Below are positions 38,312 to 44,623 of a stretch of DNA of 64,000 bases, one piece after another (positions within the stretch are counted from its first letter, which is position 1; each line of letters opens with the position of its first letter). Made by a program: the position numbers and the translations under genes. This DNA comes from a virus, in the IMG/VR virus record IMGVR_UViG_3300031673_000022, positions 1 to 64,000 of that record, one strand, 5' to 3'. A model generated the notes under the pieces. That model did not search any database. It had not been told where the DNA came from and saw only the letters and a program-made list of their open reading frames with translations.

Positions 38312-39022
38312 TTACCAGTACAGCGGTAGGTGACTCTGAAGCGCGAACACCGTATTGGTACACCAAGGCATCGACCAGCGAAGTACCTGAGGGTTGTCCG
38401 GCGTTCCCTCGGAGATACCCTCGGTCGCAGGCCAGCGTGGGGTCTCACCCGGCCCGAGGCTATGCAGCCCCGACTGGAACAGACCGATGTTGTACGTGTG
38501 AGCAGCCACGCGACAGTTCATCTGGTTGGCCCACTCGACGGCAAATTCCTGCCCACGCACCGCGCAGAAGGTCGCGCAGGTACGGAACCAGAGTAGAGAC
38601 TCCGTTGTCAGCCGATCCTTGATCTGCATGAGCGGACCAAAGAAGTTCGGGTCCTCGAAGGCACGCTTCGTCATGGGTGAGTTCTTCATCCAGACCTTAC
38701 CTGGGCTGCCATGCCCCCAGAACTGGACCTCGCGCAGTGCCTTTGCGCCACCGACAGAAGCTACCCAGGCCAGCGCGTCTGCCCAGTTGTCGAACCCGGC
38801 TACATGGTCGAACCGACGCAGCTTGCGGAACAGCAGGCCACCCGCCCACCAGGAATGGGACAGGCCGAGGTCGATGTCGAGCGAGTCGATCAGCGAGTCG
38901 AACGGATCAGGTGCGGCCTTCTTCAGCGCCTTAGACACGGCCTTCCGATCGCTCGTGTCGTAAATCATGAGACGCAGCCCACCATCCAGGGCCGCACTCT
39001 CTTTGACTGCCAAGGCAGTCAT
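38312..39022 (-). CDS. DUF4347-like (caspase-clan) protein
   Basis: QFWGHGSPG and WFRTC His/Cys dyad motifs. Confidence 0.55.
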   Translation of the reverse strand: MTALAVKESAALDGGLRLMIYDTSDRKAVSKALKKAAPDPFDSLIDSLDIDLGLSHSWWAGGLLFRKLRRFDHVAGFDNWADALAWVASVGGAKALREVQFWGHGSPGKVWMKNSPMTKRAFEDPNFFGPLMQIKDRLTTESLLWFRTCATFCAVRGQEFAVEWANQMNCRVAAHTYNIGLFQSGLHSLGPGETPRWPATEGISEGTPDNPQVLRWSMPWCTNTVFALQSHLPLYW

Positions 39023-39576
39023 GCCGGATCCAGAGCGTCCGCCGCCGCACGGAGAGCGGCCACAACCGAAGCGGTCGATGGTTGCTTCTTGCGCTTGTTC
39101 ATGAGCGTGCGGGCGTCTTCGACGAAATCACGAAGGAATTCTTCGGCATCATACTCGTCGATGCCCACTGTCGGACCCCATGTATCGTACCCCTCACGGC
39201 CGCCGGGATCGCTTCCCGGCATCATGCTCAGGGCATGCTTGAAAGCCTCGCTGGCCATCTCCTCGCCGACGAGGAAGCTGAACACGTCGCCGTCACCCTT
39301 GGGATCCTCGATACCGAAGTTCTCGTACCTGGGGTCGGCGCGCGATTCCTCGATCTCTCCTTCGATCAGGGCCATGAGCTTGCGGTCCCGCAGGAGCTTC
39401 TGTGCAAGATCGCGAGGCTTGGTCTTGAGTTCGTAGTAATCTGTTTCCTGCCCGCGGTCGTACTCGTGATGAATCTCGATGCCATCATCAAAGAAGCGGA
39501 TGAACTCCTTATCGATGGGGGCGCTTGCCAAGATCGAGGACAGCGCCCGAAGCGCTCGTTTGATTTCGTTCTTCAT
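39019..39576 (-). CDS. Acidic protein with tag-like helices at both termini
   Basis: ATG 39576 with GAGG SD: MKNEIKRALRALSSILAS...; C-terminus ASVVAALRAAADALDPA. Confidence 0.6.
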   Translation of the reverse strand: MKNEIKRALRALSSILASAPIDKEFIRFFDDGIEIHHEYDRGQETDYYELKTKPRDLAQKLLRDRKLMALIEGEIEESRADPRYENFGIEDPKGDGDVFSFLVGEEMASEAFKHALSMMPGSDPGGREGYDTWGPTVGIDEYDAEEFLRDFVEDARTLMNKRKKQPSTASVVAALRAAADALDPA

Positions 39577-39583
39577 TGGTTCC

Positions 39584-41221
39584 TCAAACGCGCAGCTTGC
39601 GACGTAGCTTCGCGGGGTCCACGTCAAAGTTCCAGTAACCGTCTGCGTCCTCGTAGGCGGTGTACTTGCCGTCCTTGCTCTCGAAGTCGAGCTTGACGTT
39701 GAGGTCATCGAAGCCGTCAAGGAACTCCGCGAAAGCAGCGACGCTCACGTCTCTGCCGTAGGGGTTGTCCAGATTGAGGCGCTCGGTGTCGATCTCGATC
39801 TCGATCTCGCCGGTCTCCCCAAGGCTGAAGCCGCGACGAGCACGAATGCCGTCTACGAACTCCATCTCGCCAACCTCGTCGATGGCTTCCTGGATGTCGC
39901 GCTCGTCCTTACCTGCCGCGAAGGCGTCGGCGATGGCTTCCGCCAGGTCCTCGTTCTCACGCTCACGGTTGGAGGACGCGAAGTCTTCGAGGCTGTTGTG
40001 CGAGTGCGTGATGGCATCACCAAGCCCCTGGGCGACTTCACCTGCCATGTACCCATCTGGGTCCTTGTAGTTCTCCATGTACTCGTCGACGGCTTCTCGC
40101 ACGAGGTCGTTGCTCATGCTGGCCAGCGCGTCGGCGGCTTCCTCGACGCTCTCGTAGGCGTTCTCCTCGACGGCAGTACGAAGCTGTACGTAAGCGGACC
40201 CGAGACGGGTGTGCTTGTCCAGCGCGCCACGAAGAGCCTTGAGATCGAGTCCATCGATGTTGTCCAAGTCGCCGTCATTGATGCCGACGCCGTGGCCTTC
40301 CTGCGTCATGAACATGAGGAACGGGGCATCGTTTTGGAGTGCCTGAGAGGCAGCATCGGGGCCAGCCAACTCCGTCAGCACCTCTTCTGCCGCTGCCTGA
40401 TACTCACCAGCCGCGCGCGTCACCTCGGAAGACAGTTCGATGTCTGACCCACGGATGAGGTTGTTGAGGATGTCTGAGCCGTACTCGTCAGAGAACATCG
40501 TCTCGACGGCCATCCCGACAAGCTGTTCCAGCGTGCTGTTGCCGATCTCACCGCCGCTGGCAATGAGCTTGGACAGCGCGGACGCACGTACGCCCTTGGT
40601 CTTCTTGGTCTTCTTCTTGTTGAGCATGGAAGCTGATCTCCGAACGTGAGATGCAAACGCGAGGTGCGCCGCCTTGTGGTCGCCGTCAGTCAAGACTGCG
40701 CCGTAGAGCTTAGCCAAGGCGCGTTTCGCCACCTTGGACTTCATTTTGTTGTGCGCGATGATGAAGGAACGAGCCATCGTCTTGCCTGCCGCGCGATGTC
40801 CTTTGGCCTCAATGAGAGAATCCAGCTTATCACGGATCTTCTCGACCATGTGCTGGACTCGCTTGCCTTGCTTCTTGGAGACAGGGCGCTTCTTGGTCTT
40901 GCCCTTCTTTTGGAGCCGTTCGCTCTCGCGCTCGTCCGCCTCGCCCCAGGTATAGCTGTCCGCGCCCTGCGGGACGATGACTACGTTCTGTCCCTGGATG
41001 CGGATGCGGAACTGCGAGGGCAGCGTAACGGGCTGGCTGAACTTCTTGCCCTTCTCGGGGCCGCTGGTCCACTCGAAGGTCACGCGACCGTGGTACGCAC
41101 CCCTGGTCTTCTTCGGCTGTTGCGTGATGCGGATGGGCTTCTTGCGCCACGTCTTACGCCGCTCAGCCCGCTGCTCAGCTTGACGTCGCTGCGTCTTCGT
41201 TTGTTTGAAACGTTTGGGCAA
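39584..41221 (-). CDS. Multidomain protein with basic N-terminal half and acidic C-terminal half
   Basis: TTG start with GGAG SD; N-terminal domain similar to an internal domain of 16295-18115. Confidence 0.6.
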   Translation of the reverse strand: MPKRFKQTKTQRRQAEQRAERRKTWRKKPIRITQQPKKTRGAYHGRVTFEWTSGPEKGKKFSQPVTLPSQFRIRIQGQNVVIVPQGADSYTWGEADERESERLQKKGKTKKRPVSKKQGKRVQHMVEKIRDKLDSLIEAKGHRAAGKTMARSFIIAHNKMKSKVAKRALAKLYGAVLTDGDHKAAHLAFASHVRRSASMLNKKKTKKTKGVRASALSKLIASGGEIGNSTLEQLVGMAVETMFSDEYGSDILNNLIRGSDIELSSEVTRAAGEYQAAAEEVLTELAGPDAASQALQNDAPFLMFMTQEGHGVGINDGDLDNIDGLDLKALRGALDKHTRLGSAYVQLRTAVEENAYESVEEAADALASMSNDLVREAVDEYMENYKDPDGYMAGEVAQGLGDAITHSHNSLEDFASSNRERENEDLAEAIADAFAAGKDERDIQEAIDEVGEMEFVDGIRARRGFSLGETGEIEIEIDTERLNLDNPYGRDVSVAAFAEFLDGFDDLNVKLDFESKDGKYTAYEDADGYWNFDVDPAKLRRKLRV

Positions 41222-41456
41222 GGCCGCTCCCTTGCTATAGGGTGGCTACCTACGAACAGGATGGGCACATGAAACGACGTGGGTTCCTGGGAATGCTTGG
41301 GATCGCCATACCATTGTGCAGGGAGTGACGTTGAACTCCATCTACCTGTACTGGTCAGGATTGAGGCTCTGCTTAGCGAGCAGCAGGGCTGCCGTTTTCC
41401 TGAGCGTCTCGATCTTTTGGGCGTCTCGATCCATAGGTTAGGTTGCATACTGGCAT

Positions 41457-42707
41457 ATGACCCCAGCCGAACGTACCCAGACTGCCCGTGTTCTCAGAGC
41501 AGCTGCCGCCGTTTTGGCGGCCCCTTCGGAGGTAGCTGTTCTCAAAGAGCTAAAGAAGCTGGCAAGCAAGAAAAAGAGCAAAGCGCTCTTTTCCCCCGAT
41601 GTGCTAATCGAGGCGCTAAGGAGGACAGACCCGGCCTGGAGGCTGGAAGGCAAGGTTACCTTAGACGGACTGGACAGCGAGAACCTGCGCTACGCTCTTC
41701 TGCGCGCCAAAACGCCTGAGTTTTACAGCACTAAGATTGACGACGTCGGAAGTTCGGCCCATTTCGCCTTCCAACCTAGTAATAGGGCGGGCGTATCCTA
41801 CGAGGAATGGAAGGAGGCCGTGGGAACGGCTATAGAAAAGAAGTCAAAGAAGGGCCTGCCAACACAGCCAAAAGAGGGCCAGATCTACTACGAAGACCTG
41901 GAGGTACGCCCCCTTCTCAGGACGACCTCTGGCATCTTTGATGGGTGGGTGTTTCAAAACGCTAAGGTTGGCATTTGGCAGTGGACCTTCCTCGCCCCTG
42001 GCGGCCACACCTATCACGTTTTGGGCGGCAAAAATGCACCGGTAGACGACCCCGCGATTTGGGGGTGGCTGTACAAAACCGTCAAGGACCTGCCTGACCG
42101 CGCCCAGGCCACACTTGATGGGGTAGATGTGGCGGGCATAGAGAAGGAACAAAATACACGCTCTAGGCTCGGGCTCGGGGACCGTCCGGTAACTGTGGGG
42201 GCGGTGGGGACATGTGCGGTATGCGACAAGGTGCAAAAGCTGCGCAATGGGCGCATGGTTCATCACGGCTACCTACGGCCCGGCTACGGGTCCATCTATG
42301 GGACATGCGCCGGTTCAAAGCAGCCTCCCTACGAGGTTAGCCCCGAAGGCTGCTACTTGGCGGCTGCGCACTACGAAAAAGTAGCCAGAGGCATCGACGA
42401 GGCTATCGCCCACGTAAAGCAAGGTAAAGGCTACCAGGTGGTCAAGCTCACAAGCCCAGGCGGAAGCCAGAAGCCGTACCGAGTATCGCCTACCTCCGTT
42501 GCCGAAACAAGCGAGAGTCTTAGCCGTGCCGAGATGCGGTCGCTCCCTAACCTCTACGTAGGCACAGACCCGGCGGTCGCCTGGCCCGCAGTCGTTACTG
42601 ACTACGTGTCGTCTAGGAAGAAGGAGCAAACGCAGCTGTACTCAGAGGCAAAGCGAATGAAGAAAAAGGCGGCGGCGTGGGTGCCTACGCCGCCCCTGGG
42701 GGCTTGA
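41457..42707 (+). CDS. Tagged hypothetical protein with Zn-binding motif
   Basis: ERTQTARVLRAAAAVLAA tag; CAVC..HHGY.RPG..C motif; codon usage less GC3-biased than neighbours. Confidence 0.6.
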   Translation: MTPAERTQTARVLRAAAAVLAAPSEVAVLKELKKLASKKKSKALFSPDVLIEALRRTDPAWRLEGKVTLDGLDSENLRYALLRAKTPEFYSTKIDDVGSSAHFAFQPSNRAGVSYEEWKEAVGTAIEKKSKKGLPTQPKEGQIYYEDLEVRPLLRTTSGIFDGWVFQNAKVGIWQWTFLAPGGHTYHVLGGKNAPVDDPAIWGWLYKTVKDLPDRAQATLDGVDVAGIEKEQNTRSRLGLGDRPVTVGAVGTCAVCDKVQKLRNGRMVHHGYLRPGYGSIYGTCAGSKQPPYEVSPEGCYLAAAHYEKVARGIDEAIAHVKQGKGYQVVKLTSPGGSQKPYRVSPTSVAETSESLSRAEMRSLPNLYVGTDPAVAWPAVVTDYVSSRKKEQTQLYSEAKRMKKKAAAWVPTPPLGA

Positions 42708-43174
42708 TGAGACAGTTACAGCGCACACAAGTTGCCCGCGCGCTCAGAGCAGCTGCCCGCGTTTTGGCTAGCGAGCTGGCGTACCCGAAAGAGATGCGCG
42801 ACAGCATCATGCGCAAGGTCAGGGCTGGTCCCGATGAGCGGCTTGCGCGCGAGGACGATCGGCTCCGGCACGAAGCTGTCCCACGACTTGCCCATGAAGC
42901 CGGCGCCCTCGTGCTCGTAGTCGTCACCGGCCAACCAGTGCCCCAACACCTCGGCGATGTCCGGCTCTTTCGACAAACCGTAAGGCGGGTCCGTAACAAC
43001 CGCGTCCACCGCGTTGTCGGGGAGAGCGCCGTTCTTGGGCAAGCGCCACATGCGAGGCTTCGGGTTGCCCTCCTGCACCCGCGCGGTCACCGAACCGATC
43101 TCGATGAAGCCGAAGCCCATTACCGCGGGCTTGAAGAAGCTGGGTTCCCTCGCTCAAAGGCGAAGATGTGGTGA
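42707..43174 (+). CDS. Tagged ORF whose body is replaced by antisense gene fragments
   Basis: [22 protein letters not shown] tag with TGATG coupling; after about 42830 the sequence is the antisense of MTase and pyrD fragments. Confidence 0.45.
   Translation: MRQLQRTQVARALRAAARVLASELAYPKEMRDSIMRKVRAGPDERLAREDDRLRHEAVPRLAHEAGALVLVVVTGQPVPQHLGDVRLFRQTVRRVRNNRVHRVVGESAVLGQAPHARLRVALLHPRGHRTDLDEAEAHYRGLEEAGFPRSKAKMW
42827..43024 (-). pseudogene. N6/N4 DNA methyltransferase fragment with internal deletion
   Basis: [28 protein letters not shown] joined directly to [13 protein letters not shown]. Confidence 0.75.
43022..43120 (-). pseudogene. pyrD: Dihydroorotate dehydrogenase (class 2) fragment
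   Basis: [27 protein letters not shown] matches the PyrD signature region. Confidence 0.75.
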
Positions 43175-43671
43175 TGGACGCCCGGACCCGAGCCTCTGTT
43201 GTTGCCTCACTGCGCTCTGCTGCCGCGGCAGTCCTCGCGCGCGAGGAACCCGCGGACATCACGTACCGGGGCCGTTTTAGTGGGGGCTGGAACCCCGTCT
43301 ACAAGCTCCTCGTGTACGAAGGTGGCAAGAAGGTCGGCGGCATCCTCCTCATCGAGGGATTGAGCCCGTGGTCCCGACAAAACATCCCTTGCCCCGACGA
43401 CGTGAGGGCTCTCATCGATCATGGGGCTGACGAGAAGGCAAATATTTGGATGGTCGACGGAGCGTTCTTGGACGAGAACCTGCACAATCAGGGCATCGGC
43501 AAGGAGATGTACCGCCGTGCCTTCGCGGCCATCGTCAAGAAGAAGGGTCCTTGCTTCTTCGTCCCGACCTACTGCGAGCTTGGCAGCGGTACCTCGAAGG
43601 CTGCGCGTCGAGTGTGGAAGTCCCTGAGTCGGGAGTTCACGTCCTCGGGCGACGTCTTCTACGTGAAGTAA
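43174..43671 (+). CDS. Tagged GNAT acetyltransferase
   Basis: TRASVVASLRSAAAAVLA tag; acetyl-CoA motif LHNQGIGKEMY; SKAARRVW. Confidence 0.7.
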   Translation: MDARTRASVVASLRSAAAAVLAREEPADITYRGRFSGGWNPVYKLLVYEGGKKVGGILLIEGLSPWSRQNIPCPDDVRALIDHGADEKANIWMVDGAFLDENLHNQGIGKEMYRRAFAAIVKKKGPCFFVPTYCELGSGTSKAARRVWKSLSREFTSSGDVFYVK

Positions 43672-43720
43672 TCCCTATAGGGACAATCTCGGGGGTTGCG
43701 GGCTGGATTGTCCCCAAAAG

Positions 43721-43746
43721 GAAAAGGGGAGCCCGAAGGCTCCCCT
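43721..43746 (-). terminator. Intrinsic terminator
   Basis: 9-bp stem AGGGGAGCC with cUUCGg loop, followed by a U tract on the minus strand. Confidence 0.8.
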
Positions 43747-43768
43747 CTCCCAAGGCCACGAGCCCGAA

Positions 43769-44110
43769 CTACGCGACGACGATGCGCGAGTCAGTGGCAG
43801 CGAGGTTGCCGAGCACCGCAGTGCCCGCCTCCCACGACGCGGCGATGACGAAGGATCCGCCCGCGGTCGACTGCACCGCGAGGGCCTTCTTTTTGTCAGA
43901 GCCAGTCAGCGACGCGGGAGCGCACAAGTTGTGACCGAGAACTGCCCGTTGCGCGTGTCCCCGACCTTCATGATGAAGTCGCCATCGGGCACCGATACTC
44001 CGATGAGTCTGGAGCCGACGTCGGCAGTCACCTAGCGCTACAAAGTAGTTCCGCTTGCCGTCTATGACCTGTTGGATAGCCTCAGACGCTGATTTGTTCT
44101 TCTTCTTCAT
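43769..44110 (-). pseudogene. Mosaic ORF: probable MTase N-terminus fused to unrelated sequence
   Basis: Starts ...NYFVALGDC, the motif that normally precedes LPDxxVDxxVTDPPY; the rest is unrelated. Confidence 0.45.
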
Positions 44111-44305
44111 TTGCGTCCTTAGCTTCGACGACGTCTGTGGCTCTGTCTGCGTTCTCGATTACGGATTCGATCTCGTCGCCAAGGCGATCGAACGCCTTGG
44201 GAGCTTCATCAAGCGCGTCCACAAAAGAGCGAAGCGCCTGACGCGAGGCACGAATGCCCCGCGTCAGCGCTTTCTCGACAAAGCGGACAGTCTTTCGACC
44301 GGCGC

Positions 44306-44611
44306 TCATGCCTTGCCTTGCTGCTCCAAGCGAGTGACGCAGAGCTTGCGCTGGAGCTTGATGCCCTTGAGCGTGTCCTTGTACGGGCCTTCGGCCTGCA
44401 AAAGCTCCGCCTTCAGGTCGAGGACAGCCTCGTCGTTGGCGCGCGCGTCATCGGTCTCCTTCTCGTGCATTGAAAGGCGCACAAGGCGACCCTTCAACTC
44501 CTTCTCACCCTCACCCAGGATCGAGTCCACGACTTCCTGGCCGCAGGCATCCGCGACCTTCTTCTCGAACTTCTGCGCGGGACTGAGGGCTTCCTTCTTC
44601 GGCTTAGCCAT
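44306..44611 (-). CDS. Small helical hypothetical protein
   Basis: GGGG SD; strong codon bias; in the recA operon. Confidence 0.6.
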   Translation of the reverse strand: MAKPKKEALSPAQKFEKKVADACGQEVVDSILGEGEKELKGRLVRLSMHEKETDDARANDEAVLDLKAELLQAEGPYKDTLKGIKLQRKLCVTRLEQQGKA

Positions 44612-44623
44612 GACTGATTACCC

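Noticed and set aside
42716-43120. Functional pyrD or methyltransferase gene
   Set aside because: Only short fragments are present; the SAM-binding motif and most of the PyrD barrel are missing.
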